A stretch of DNA of 64,000 nucleotides from NCBI GenBank assembly GCA_023213395.1, contig CM041465.1, forward strand, positions 67,215,741 through 67,279,740. Reading direction: 5' to 3'. Shown piece after piece: positions 10,132-26,400 of the stretch. Source of the stretch: Cycas panzhihuaensis. Taxonomy: Eukaryota; Plantae; Cycadophyta. The stretch's first letter is position 1, and each line of letters starts with the position of its first letter. The notes under the pieces are model-generated. The model made no database searches. It saw only the letters and a list, made by a program, of their open reading frames with translations, and was not told the origin of the DNA. A program made the position numbers and the translations under genes.

Positions 10132-11928
10132 GGCCTAAAGCAATCACCTAGGCAATGATACAAGAATTTTGGTGCCTTCATGGAGAGCCAAAATTTTAAA
10201 AGAAGGGAGTATGATCATTGTGTTTACTTTAAATTTATGGATAATGGCTTATTCATTATCCTGGTACTATATGTTGTTGACATGTTGGTTGCAAGCAAGA
10301 GCATAGAAGAAATCAATAAGCTAAAGGTTTAATTGGCTAGGACTTTTGATATGAAGGATCTAGGAGCTGTAAAACAAATCTTAGGCATGGAGATACACAG
10401 AGACAAAAAAAATAGTTAGCTATGGTTATCATAGCAGAAATATGTAGAGAAGGTGCTAACCAGGTTTGGTATAGAAAATGTGAAATGAACGAGTATCTCA
10501 TTGGCTTCCCACTTCAAGCTTTCTTTGAATATGAGTCTTAGTAGTGAAGAAGAAAATGTTTATATGTCTCGTGTGCCTTATGTCAGTGCAGTAGGAAGTT
10601 TGATGTATAACATGGTATGTACAAGACCTGATATTTCACATGCAGTCGGTGTAGTTAGCAAGTTTATGGCAAATCCAGGGAAAGAATATTGGGCTGCATT
10701 GAAATGGGTGCTTTAGTATTTGAGAGGCATGAGTGACTACTGCATCACCTTTGGAGGTATAGGTAATCAAGCTTGTGGATATGTTGATTCAGACTTCACA
10801 GGAGATTTAGACATAAGAAGGTCTACTTCAGGTTATGTTTTCACTCTTGGAAATGGTCCAGTTAGTTGGATGTACAAATTGTAGAGTACAATTGCATTGT
10901 CAACTACAGAAGCTGAATATGTTGCTGCAACACATGCTTGTAAAGAAGCAATCTAGTTATAGGGTCTATTGGTTGAGCTTGGAAGGAGAAAAGAAAATGT
11001 AAAGGTATTTTGTGAAAGTCAAAGTGCTATTTACTTAGACAAGAATATAACTTATCATAGTAGAACAAAGCATATTGCTCTTAAGTAGCATTTTGTTAGG
11101 CAGGTTGTGGAAGCAGGTGGAGTGGCACTTGAGAAGATTCACACCAATCAAAATTGTGCTGATATATTCACAAAATTACTACCATTAGAGAATTTCAAAT
11201 GGTGTTTGACTTCTCTTGGCTTGTAGAAAAGATGATGAAGGGTCTAGGAAAGGTACCAGGTAAATTATTATCAAGGTGGAGATTGTTGGATATTATGACA
11301 ACAATATTTTAGGGCTAAAATTTTGACATGTTTTCGGTATGATTTCTCCCCTTAATCTTTCTCGGGGGGTTCCAAGGTGGCTGAGAGCCCCCCTTGGCCG
11401 CAAGGTGCAAGGTGTGTGGAACGCCCCTCACTAAGAGGGGGTTCAGGGGTGATAGCCCCTGACTAAAAAAATTAGCCCTGTAAACCATATTAAAATGTGA
11501 AGAGAATCAGGGTCATTCGAAACAAATACCCTAGATTCTACGGTTGAGATGCATGCCTTGGATGTCCCTCTCATGTAGCCTATTTTAGGGATTTTCTTAT
11601 TATGTTGTATGTAATGTAATGTACTGTGATAAGGGTGGTGGCTAGTTATTATTCCTGAGAGTATTCTGCTACTGAGATGTACTATTTCTCCATTCTACAG
11701 CAATAAAGATCGATACCTTTCTTGTGTGGATGTTTCCATAGCACACTGTTAGGATTTTGCCATGTTATATTGGGTGCATATGTGATATTTAGCTTATATA
11801 TTGATGTTATTGTATTAGCTCCGATTTTAGAACTTGCATGTTAAATCTTAGTTTTGATTCCTATAACTAGTTGTAAAATAGTTTAGATCTTGTGGCTGTT
11901 TAAGGTTTGGGACCTTGTATTCTCAACA
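10132..11928 (+). mobile_element. Ty1/Copia (Tork/Tnt1-like) 3' half: RT, RNase H, PPT, 3' LTR
   Basis: Begins GLKQSPRQ*YK. Also FDMKDLG, VGSLMY..VCTRPDISHAV, GYVDSDF, RTKHI. PPT AAGGTGGAGAT. Same family as 37509-42767. Confidence 0.95.
11284..11928 (+). repeat. Copia 3' LTR (645 bp)
   Basis: TGTTGG...CTCAACA termini, colinear with the LTRs at 37509 and 42122. Confidence 0.95.
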
Positions 11929-14900
11929 GAAACCCATTTCCCTCTTAGGTCGCATGTTCTTACTCTTGCTTACCATGTAACCCCCAGCATCACCTTTTCT
12001 TCCACCTTATCGCCTCTCCTTAGCAATGAGGTAGAGCAACCTCTCATTATCGTCTACGAGAGGTCTCTTTCTGACTCTTCCAAAGAGTCTCCCGAGTACG
12101 TGGAGTGGTGGATAGACTACTATAACCCTGCTACTCCTTCTACTTTGTACTCCTCATCTTTTCGAAGCATGGTTCTCTATGGAATAGACTATTTCAAGGA
12201 TGACGAGGCTTTGCTTGAGCATCTAGCAGGCTCTGCGCCCAACTTCCCTTTTGGTCACCATAGGCTTGGTCACCAGAAGGTCTTAGCTGTTGGGTCATCT
12301 CTCACCGACCTAAGTCCATCTCCTATTTTTCCTCCTCCTGTTGATCGAGCCCCCCTTCACTTAGAGGAAGGGAATGTTATGTGCATAGGGGAAACCATGG
12401 ACATATTCCTTGCCCCAGGTAAGATCATAAAGGTGGGAGCAAAATGTTCTCTTGATAAAATGAAGGAATATACCCATTTGTTCTAGGAATTCTGATATGT
12501 CTTCAGTTGGGACTACTCTAATTTGAATGGAATAGACCCTTCCATCGTTACCCATAATCTTATCACTATCCTAGGTGCTCATCCCGTGCATTAGAAACAA
12601 TGCCCTCTTCATCCCAAACTTTTAGCTGTCATCAAGATGGAAGTTGAAAAACTCCTAAATGCAGGATTAATCACTTCTATCGACTACCCCAAGTGGGTTT
12701 CTAACATTGTCCCTATTTCCAAAAAGAACGGGACAATTAGGATATGCATTGATTTTTGAGACATCAACAATGTGTATCCTAAGGACAACTTCTCACTCCC
12801 CTTCATTAATCAAATCATTGATTGAACCGCCAGTTTCAAAGTTATGTCTTTAATGGACAGCTTCTCAGGCTATAATCAAATCCAAATTTTGCCCAAAGAC
12901 CATCATAAGATGGCCTTCATTACCGCTTGGGGCACCTTCGCCTACAAGGCAATGCCCTTTGGGCTAAAGAATGTAGATGCCACCTATCAAAGGGTGATGT
13001 AATTCATCTTTCATGACTTTATCAACAAAACCTTAGAGATTTTCATGGATGATATGATGGGTCTCTCACACGTTAGGACCCACCATCCTTCTAATCTATG
13101 AGCCATCTTCACATGATGTTGCAAATACCATGTAAGCCTCAACCCTCTCAAATGCATGTTTACCGTAACAGCTGGTAAACTCCTCGGTTTCCTTGTCTCA
13201 AAGTAAGGAATCCAAATTGACCCTGATAAAGTCAATGCCATCCTTGACATGCTACTTCCTAAGACCCAATGACAAATCAAGTCATTCTTTGGTAAGCTAG
13301 GATTTCTTAGCTGTTTTCTGCCAAATTTTGCCATAAATACGAATCCCCTTACTAACCTATTGAAAAAGGGGACCACATTTATTTGGTCTTCAAAGGCTCA
13401 ACAAGCCTTCGAGGAGCTCAAAGAAGCTCTCACTTTTGCTACAACTTTAGTGCCTCCTCTCTTTGACATGCCATTTGTTCTCTACACTTTAACTACCAAT
13501 GAATCCTTCGGTACCATGCTAGACCAAGAGGACGATTCGGGAACTAAAAGAACTATTTACTTCATCAGTCACACCCTTGTGGCTGCTAAACTTAATTACT
13601 CCCCTGCCGACAAGGAGTACCTCTTCTTGGTGCATGTTACTAAGAAGTTTAGGCACTACTTGCTCAAGAACACTACTCGAGTGTACGTCTAGTCTGATCC
13701 CCTAAGATAATTGCTTACCCGATCTGACCTGACAGGTAAGACCGGCAAGTGGGTCGTCATCCTTCAGGAATTTGACCTCCAAATCATTAGCAAGAAGTCA
13801 AAGAAAGGGATGGTGGTTGCCAAGCAACTTGTTGATACCCCTATCTTGAACACTTTTGACGTTCTCATTGATGATTCTTTCCCTGATGAGCCCATCTTTG
13901 TTATTCAGGATTCTTCCTCTCATCCACTCACCGATAGTCAGTGGTATGGGAACATTGTAAAATACCTTGCCTAGTAGCAGTACTATCCTAAAGCTAGCGA
14001 CAAAATTAGGTCATGTATTCAGGCTACTACCAAGAAGTACTTCCTTATGGGTGAAGTATTATATAAGAGATCCTTTGACAGGATCCTTTTCCACTGTGTC
14101 AACCCTAACGAAGAAAACCAAATACTTTGTGAATGCCATAATGAAATTTGTAGGGGTCATTTTGGGGACCAATCCATGGCCCAACAGATCTTTTGCATGG
14201 GGTACTATTGGCATCCCTCCTTAAGGACGCCCACACCTATGCCCTAAGATGTTGGCAGTGTCAAGAGCACGTCAACATCACCCACTTGCCTTCTGAGGCC
14301 ATTCATCCTGTCATATCTCTATGGCCCTTTTCCCAATGGGGGTTGGACCTTATTGGAGCCATATCCCCACCTTCTTTGTCACAACATAAGTTCATCTTGA
14401 CTTAGATGGAGTACTTCACTAAATGGGATGAAGTGGTCCCTCTATCCTCTACCCCTAGTAAGATGATAGCCACCTTCATCTACCAGCATATCATTTTTCC
14501 TTTTGGAGTCCTCGAAGTCCTGATCATAGATAATGAACTCCTTTCTATAATAAAGAGATGGATGAGCTTTATGAGAAATTCAAAATTTCTCATAAAACCT
14601 CCTCTCCCTATTACCCTTAGGCCAATGGCCAAGTTTATTCATTTAACAAAACCCTTGTAAATATCTTAGAGAAAATGGTTACCTAATCTTAAAAAGATTG
14701 GCATCTTCAACTCCTTTCCGTTCTATGGGCATATCGCATATCTATTCGCATAGCTACGAGAATGACCCTGTTCTCCCTAGTATACAGAACAAAGGTTATT
14801 CTCCCATTGAAAGTTGAGATCCTTTCCTTACAAGTTTTCCTTTGTGGTCTTGTTAATGAGGAGTCTCTTCATCAAGCTCATCTCCTAGACCTCAAGGCTT

Positions 14901-15184
14901 TAGATGAGAGACACTTGATTGCTTACCAAGCAAACCTCACTTCTAAGGATAGAGCACAAAGGATTTACGATAAATGCCTTCACCCCTACCCTTTACATCT
15001 TGGGTACCATGTCCTTAAATTAGAGTATCTCCAAGACTGCTTATGCAAGTTCAGACCTAAATAGGTTGGCCCCTTCGTCATTCTCAACAGCCTTGATAAT
15101 AACACTTATAGGATCGAAACCTTAGAGGGTCTAGACTTCGAGAAAGCCATCAGTGGAAAGTTCCTAAAGAAAATTTATGTGTGA
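11929..15184 (+). pseudogene. pol: Gypsy pol (RT, RH, INT), heavily disrupted
   Basis: DYFKDDEALLEHLAGS shared with copy 1. Also MPFGLKN, IFMDDM, LQEFDL, WPFSQWGLDLIG, GKFLKK. Confidence 0.93.
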
Positions 15185-15937
15185 CTATCCCTATCCCTAC
15201 ATAGGTTAAGCACTCCTATTTTCCTTTTTTCTCATGCTCCAAAATAAGCCTAAACTATCACCCTAAGCACATCCCCATTCCTCCTAATCGTAGGTAGAAT
15301 GGCGGCTTGTGGTGATCTTTCGTACTCCTTCCAAGTTCCTCCTATGGCACCTTTTGGTTCCCCTTGGGGGACTTTTCCTCCTAATTGGGCATGCCGTCCT
15401 TGTCGCTCCTGAGCTTGGAAGCACTCCCCAACTAGGATGACATGATTAAGTATCATTACTCCCTCTTCTGTTTGCACTTCCTTTGCATACCCTGCTATGC
15501 TCCTACGATGGACGTGTATGGCTCCCTATCTCCTAGCCCCATATGTGTCTATCGCCTACATCTGTGGTGATCATGTGTGCCTTCTAAAAGTATGGCCCTA
15601 CATGAAAGGAAATATGTGCATAACTTAAATAATCCTATAACATAAATCATATAATAATCAACTCCTAATCATCATGGTAGATAGCTCCTCATGTACCTGT
15701 GCACCCATACACATATATACACAAACACATAAACAAAACAATAAAATACACTATCATAACATCATCAGTATATACTAAATGGGGTACCAATAGCCCCGTC
15801 TATATACATAAAAATCATAATATGTCATATCATCCGCTGGAAGCCAGAATCCTTGCAGGGAGGAGTATAATCATGTGGTAATATATGGTAACTCCCTAGA
15901 GGTCTAGTGCTTTCCTAATTAATCAAAACTAATCCTA

Positions 15938-17562
15938 CTATGCTCTTTAGTACTCCTCTGCTCATGGAGTGTCATCTCCTGGTCACTGAGATCCTTCCCC
16001 AGGAGACCACATGCCACCTAGGCTCCTTCTCCATCACAGGGAGCTCCCTGCCTCGCTACCCTCGTCTTGATGCCTCCTCAGGGTTGCCACTGGCATCTGC
16101 ATCTAAGTCCTACTCCATGTCAATCTTGATGAAACCTAGTCCACTAGCTGATCGTATCTCCCCTGGAGATGATACCTCTCTCTCTCTCTACTTATTAGAG
16201 CCTCTCCTGCACTCCTTGGAGTCACTCCTCTAGCACGATAACTCTGATGCGACTCTCTACATCCCCACCTGCTCCAGCACCCTGAGCCTCTAGCACCTAT
16301 ACTTGACCACATATGGTATCCTTCTCTGCATGGGTCCCATCTAGCTAGACACACACAACAGTATTTTCCATGTACAGTATCTCTCTATCGTACCTCCTCC
16401 TCTTCTATTACCACCTTGCCAAGCACCTGACTTGTCGAGGCATCTCCTTCCCTCTCTACTGCTACCTCTACTACCACTGCCACTACCTAAGCTCTCTTGA
16501 CCACCCTTAGTCTCTAAATCGGTGTGTAGGATGGCCTACATGTCCCTGTAGCTCCTGAGGGACTTGCACCTCCTCCTACGGCTCCTAAAGGCCATGCCTC
16601 AACTCTTACGGTCCCTGAAAGACCCGCCTCATTACTAACTACTCGTGATGGGCCTGCCCCATCGCCCCCATCATCACCATCATTATCGTTGTCACCTCTT
16701 GGGCTACCTCCTGATCTGCCTGCCTTGTCATCACTATCCTACCTCACCCTTCTATATGGGTCTGTTATATAGTCTACCATGGTGAGGAGGTCTAGTGATG
16801 TCACCTCCATCAAGTGTCAAACATATGCTTGATCCTCGATTGCCTTAAACCGATTCTACCACCTATATACCATGGGAGCCCATGATGAGATAGGGTGTGG
16901 CCCTCCTGTTGGTGCTACAACTCTAAAGTAGTTGAAAAACTAGCACTGCAATAGTGTACTATAAGAGAAACCTCCTCTCTATGTCACTCTGATGGTGTCT
17001 AATTAGGCGATCATGTTCGCCACTATTAGGGTGGCCCAATCCATCCTCTCCCTAGCCTCACATCTCCTCCATGTCTCCATCCAGACGTCAGAGATATCTC
17101 TATAGTTCTATTTTTGGGAAATTTAGATCAGAATACCCAGTGTGATCAACTTCCTCACCCGAGGAATCTGTGACATGACCATACTTAGTACTGATATACC
17201 ATGCCTCTCCCACCTGTCCTGGCCCATGAAGAACGTGGCCGCCTCCTTGTGTGCGGCGTTGTTAGTAGGCAATTCCCTTAGCAACTTCGGTGCTTCTCCT
17301 ACGAGTATGCCAAGAATCCTTTGGATATCCCCTAGTATGATGGTAATGTCCTCTACCTGGGGGAGGTGGAATACGTTCCACCTATGATCCCAATGGGCTA
17401 CTATGTCTACTAGAAGGTGCTAGTTTGAGGTGTACTATGGTGCCCTGATAACCTTCAACAAATCGCATCTCCCTAGGATCCACTGATCCCCCTAAGCTAG
17501 CATCTCTATGAAGCTCATCATCTCACTCCAATGTTTTCGTGGTTGTCCACCACAATAACTGC
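15938..17562 (-). pseudogene. Antisense PMD gene, copy 2
   Basis: Minus strand reads WDHRWNVFHLPQVEDITIILGDIQRILGI, MDWATLIVANMI, GGFSYSTLLQC*FF. Acceptor TTGGCAG|GC at 17563 is conserved with copy 1 (5563). Confidence 0.78.
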
Positions 17563-17703
17563 CTGCCAAACACCTAATAATCAGTCAGGATACTCCCATG
17601 ACTATCTGCCTACCCTCAGGTTGCCTCTACCCTCCTCTAGGCTGGGTTTGGCATCCCTTTGGGTTAATTTCCTCCTTTTTTTCTATTTGTAATCCTCGCC
17701 CCA

Positions 17704-17815
17704 TGCCAAACTTTGTGGTACCACAAAGTTTGGCAGGGGTCCCGCTGAGGTTTCAACACTATCTCAGTAGCCCCGTGGTAAACTTCGCGACACCGCAATC
17801 TTTACCGCGGGGCTA
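17704..17815. repeat. Palindrome cluster, copy 2
   Basis: Perfect 32-bp palindrome TGCCAAACTTTGTGGTACCACAAAGTTTGGCA (17704-17735) and TAGCCCCGTGGTAAA..TTTACCGCGGGGCTA (17768-17815). Confidence 0.9.
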
Positions 17816-18836
17816 GTCTCACCCCCCATAAAGGGGGGGGGGGTGTTATGCCTAAAAATCCCAAAAATTTTACCCAAGTGAGCCACACTCAGGCCCACTC
17901 AGACTAGGGCTACCTAATGCGCTAGTCCTCCCTTTCTCTAGGCCTAAATTGGGCTCTAGAGGATCCAAATTCATCCTTAAGGGGCCAAAAATCACCTAAT
18001 AAAAACACGAAATGACATTCATTTCAATCAACAAAATGAGGTGTCTATGGGAGGATCCACTCACCAGATCTGGTCTCACTACTGCCATCTCATCTCCCTA
18101 GTCCTAACGGTTATCTCCTCGCCTCGATCCAATGGCCTAATCTCCCTCTGCGTACCTCTGAAGTTGGGCAGCGCTCTACTGCGTAAGGAAAAGGGCTCCA
18201 GATTGATTGTGAGCCCATGAAAATGAATCTCATTTTCACAAAGTTTTCCTTATATAGGTGGGGCCCCGACGGGTACCTTCACCTTTTTTCTTACCGTAAC
18301 ATCCCTTAGGACCGTCTCTCTCTCCTTGTTACCTTTGCTTTCTGGGTCCGTCTTCCATTTTGCCTCCATAGCTCTCTTTCCTTTTCTCTCTTCAGACACA
18401 TTTATGACAAGCCCTTCAGTTCATGCAAGGTCCCTTCTACCTCAATTTTTGTACCATCTCTAAATATACTCGTGTCTATACTCATTTGACTCATCTCGCC
18501 ATCCTGAACCCAATTATGTTACCCGTTCATTCCTTTGGGGCTCCCAAAGGAAGCCCTCCCCCTGCCCCCCCCATCCAAGATTATGCCTTACTTCCTTCAG
18601 CAACCTTTGGGACCCCAGAGGGGCCTTTTCATCATCATCCCCTTCCCATTTGTTGGGCCGGTCTCCTCGTCCGTGGGTATCCTCATCTTTGGGTCCTCCT
18701 GCTCCTTACGGCCTCTATCCTTAGCCACTCGAGTCCCTCATGACTTTTTCACCCCGTTGAGTTCCTTTTTCACTCATTAACCCCGCCGTCACTCTTTTTT
18801 TCTATTCGCCTTATCAAGGTCTCTATCTTTTCTATC

Positions 18837-19257
18837 ATGACATTACTCATCTTTACCGATGGTGGAAGCCGTAGTAACCCAGGCCTTTTTGCTACCGTAT
18901 GGATCCTCTGTGACCCCTCTGGGTATGACTACGTGTTCTGGAGTCTTCATCCCCGAAGCCACCAATAACAAAGCTGAATACATAATCATTATTAAAGCTC
19001 TTATAGATGTGCTATGTTTCCACCATACACCCATCATCCTCCTTTGTGACTCTTAGGTTGTGGTGTCCCATCTCACCTAAGTCTACTAGGTGCATTGCCC
19101 ATGCCCGAGAGCCTTCACCTTGACCTCTAGATCTCTTTTGGCATGATTCTCTTCCATTGATATTCGTCACATCCCGCAGGATTACAATGTTGAGGTGAAT
19201 AGCCTTATTCGTCTCATCCTTGACCGTCACCTCCCTCTCATTGATGATCCCCCTTGA
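18837..19257 (+). pseudogene. Stand-alone aRH, copy 2, disrupted
   Basis: MTLLIFTDGGSRSNPG, then a frameshift, then ATNNKAEY, LLCDS*VVV, RHIPQDYN. Confidence 0.88.
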
Positions 19258-19520
19258 AAAACTTATCTGGTCACCCAGGAACCCAAGTTTCAAGTCATCT
19301 CTTCTTTCATATTACGATCTGTTTGCACCTCCGAAAGTTGGCCACTAATGAGGTTAAACTATGGAAACCACCAGGTTTATTTTCTTTACCCTACTATTTG
19401 TGTCGCCCCTAGTACAGAACCCTTGTTATTCTAGTTCTCTTATGTACATTATTTTTATAGCATTTGTTTGATTATGGTAATGATTACTACCATTAGTTGT
19501 TGTATTCATATGATGGGGAC

Positions 19521-23304
<3,784 letters not shown>

Positions 23305-26300
23305 AGCACGTTAGGAGTGAGGTTCATGGTGGAGGAGGCTCACCAACCATAACTCACACTTATCCCTTATGGTCAAATTTTAGTTGCACCTATAATTAAG
23401 AATAGACCACTCCTATTAGTCTAACAACGGGAAACCCAAGAGGAGGTTATAGTCAACATTGATATCCAAGACAATGACATTGATAGGAATGGTCTTATCC
23501 TTAAGAGTAAGAGGCAAGGTCACTATCCTTAAAGGTACCTCCTTAATCCCATCATACCTTTGGCATTTCCAAGGGATAGGCTCAAAAGCCTCAATGCCCA
23601 ATTTCTTAAGCATCTATATAAGTATAACATTCATAACAATCCTATTTAAGACAAACTTAAGTAGTCTCTAACATGTAGATGACCCATTTTTCCTTAGAAT
23701 TATGGCATGAAGTGGGGTTTTAGGCCATAGAGCTCATACGGCTAGGAGGATCAATTGAGACTTTGCCTTTCAATTGATTAGATGGTGGGTTAATAGGGTC
23801 CCTTTTATTTGGGATTAGGGATGTACCTTACACTACCAGTTTTATTGTTGGGGTATTTTTTTTGGAGCATCATGGCTCAGGAAGGGGTCTTGATGGATTG
23901 GTGAGTCGACCTTGGGTTTAGAAATGTATTGAGATAGAGGATCCTATGGTGGACCTAGCTTAAGATCCTAGGTCTAATACTAAGTGTTGGCATGGGCACA
24001 AAGGCCATTGACAAAACACAACCTCTTGTCTAATAAGGGTTTGGATCTCTTTTCTTAAGGAGGCTTGAAACTCTCCTTAGTTGATTACATGGTTAAAGTA
24101 ATCTAGTAGACTAACCTATAATAATGAGAGGGAGCTTATGGATTTGATGTAGATTGTATTTATTACAACCTCAAATCTTGGACTGCTCACTTAAGGGAGA
24201 AAACAATAGATGTAAAGGAATGTATAGTCTTATCGATAGTATTGGCAAAGGGCTTGGATGATTGTTGTTGGGCACTTTAGTCATGTGGAAGAGGTGGTAC
24301 CTTGTAATATTCTGTATTCTTGTTTATCTTTCCTAAACTAGCTCAGATCTTAATAGATCTTAAAGCCAAGCATTGAACTATGGTCAAATATAATATAGTT
24401 GCTTCTATCTTGAGGATCTCTATCTAGACCTTAGGGTATATTGCATTAACTAACATGTCTCTCTTTAAATCCTTAGGCAACATGACCTTGCAAGAATAAA
24501 GGAGATCATAAAACCATTAAATAAAATCTCTATTAAGATTGTTTACTCCTTGCTTAAGAGAGATTAGGTACCTAGGCCTACGCTCAAAGAGTCTCACAAC
24601 ATTGAAGTAGTTGATGAATGTGTCAACTAAGTATTGGAAACAAATTATAGATTGGGTGAGAGGATGATAAAATAATTTCAAAGCATCTGCCTGGAGTGAC
24701 CTAGGGAATAAATTTGTATGAATATGGTCATACACCCAACAATCTATACATGGCATGGGAAATGCCCCGGCATGTTCTGTAAGGTCTTGCGAGGAAGTGC
24801 CATCAAATTTGGATACATCTAGATGATGGGGTAGTAGGTTTATTCTTAAGCCTATAATCCATAAAGGGTCATGTTCCAAGTTGAATTTAAGGATTAAATG
24901 AAACATTTGAAGTTTAAGAGTAATATCCTAGTTGGAGTGAGTATGGACAGTAGGTAGGATAAAGGGTGTGACCTTATTGGTGGGATGCATAAGAAGCAGT
25001 CACATGGGATATTTTTAACTTTCTATTACACCAGAACTCCATGGGTGATTTAGGAAGAGGACTCCTTAGTAAGGGAACCATCCATAGTCCAACAGTCCCC
25101 CATGACAAGGAGAGTCCCCCATGATGAGGAGGCTACCATATCATGTGTCACTTATATTACCATTCCACCTAAATGAGAGTACATAGGGACCTCAATGGTC
25201 AAAGGGGATTTTTCCAAGATATGTGCGAGATTTGAACCTTGAACTTGGGCTCTGATACCACTTGTGACTTGAAATTAAACCAAAAGTCCACAGGTAATTT
25301 GGGAAGAGGACTCCTTCACAAGAGAATTGACCATGGTCCAATAACATTTCCTTCTTCTTGATAAGAAGGGGTTATGTTAAGGTAAGAGTGAGAGGGGTAT
25401 GGGGGTGATCAAGAGTAACTCAAACCCCCATATGGTGTAGTATGATAGGAAGGATTAACTTGATCCATTACCTCTTAAGTGATGATGATTGAGGAGGGTG
25501 TTACCATAGGTGTCATATATGACCCTTAATAGGCATAAAAATAGGAGATCAAATGGGATGTATAAGAGAATAAGTGTGGAAAAGGATTTTATCTAACTGG
25601 GCCTCCAATAGGATGTGTAACACTATAAGAGGGGAGAGAATCCACCAGATAAGTTGAGAAGGTAAGAGATCCTCCATGCCCCCATTGTTGGGTCATACAC
25701 CCCGATGGGATATACAAGGAGGAATTCACATGGTGTAAATAGGGGTAACTAGATGGTCCTCCACCATACCCCATGTGTCAAGGATAAGGAGGAATAGAAG
25801 TATTTACTAAAAAGATTGACATTATGGTCAGTTGGGGAATAGAGGTATGTAAAGGAGGAATGATAGATGTTTGTTGGGAAGCCTAGGGAGTGGTTTGAGA
25901 AGGGGCCTAATATGGTTCAGGCCTTATCCTAAACAAGGTATTAGTAGAAGATGATGTTGTTGTTGTATTTAGAGGAATTGGGGTTGTGGATTGCATATAA
26001 GTAGGAACATCAATAAAGTAGAGGTTGTAGAGGAATTGAACAATAAGTGTTGAGCCTAAGAGGGAGTGGCTTCTCTCATGGTTGCCTCCAAAGTGGACCC
26101 TTAGGGCCTCCATCATATCCTATATCGAGTATATGTCTATTTAGAGCATGAGCATGAGACCCAATTAAGTTCTAGTAGAACTTGTCAGTCTCATGAGATG
26201 GATATGCTAGATTTCTACCTCCATGGGTAGGTTATTCATGTTGGTATGGCCCCCCATATTGAGGTTAATCATGATCATAGGAATCAAAGGCCCGTTCAAA

Positions 26301-26400
26301 GGGAAATAGGCCCATTATTGGTGATTCTTGGTCACTCATAAGAATGGATGTATATTGGAGCTCTATATCGATAGGTGGGAGGCCACATAAGTGATAAAAG
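23305..26400 (-). mobile_element. Inverted Tat-like Gypsy remnant (gag and protease); right boundary approximate
   Basis: Gag-like KFDG..EH..F..LFPRSL..DALK.F (24517-24906). Protease C-terminal half IVTLPLTL..VDYNLLLGFP (23416-23613). Pro-rich N-terminal region to the right. Confidence 0.75.
25014..25346 (-). mobile_element. TRIM (miniature LTR retrotransposon), ~330 bp
   Basis: Two ~80-bp direct repeats (~25014-25094 and 25263-25346) share GGAAGAGGACTCCTT. Perfect iMet PBS (TGGTATCAGAGC on minus, 25260-25249) lies next to one repeat and a GGGGGAC PPT next to the other. TSD not resolved. Confidence 0.75.

Noticed and set aside
16341-16393. Intron in copy 2 equivalent to 4251-4362
   Set aside because: A GT-AG candidate exists but is only ~50 nt and not alignable; unsupported.
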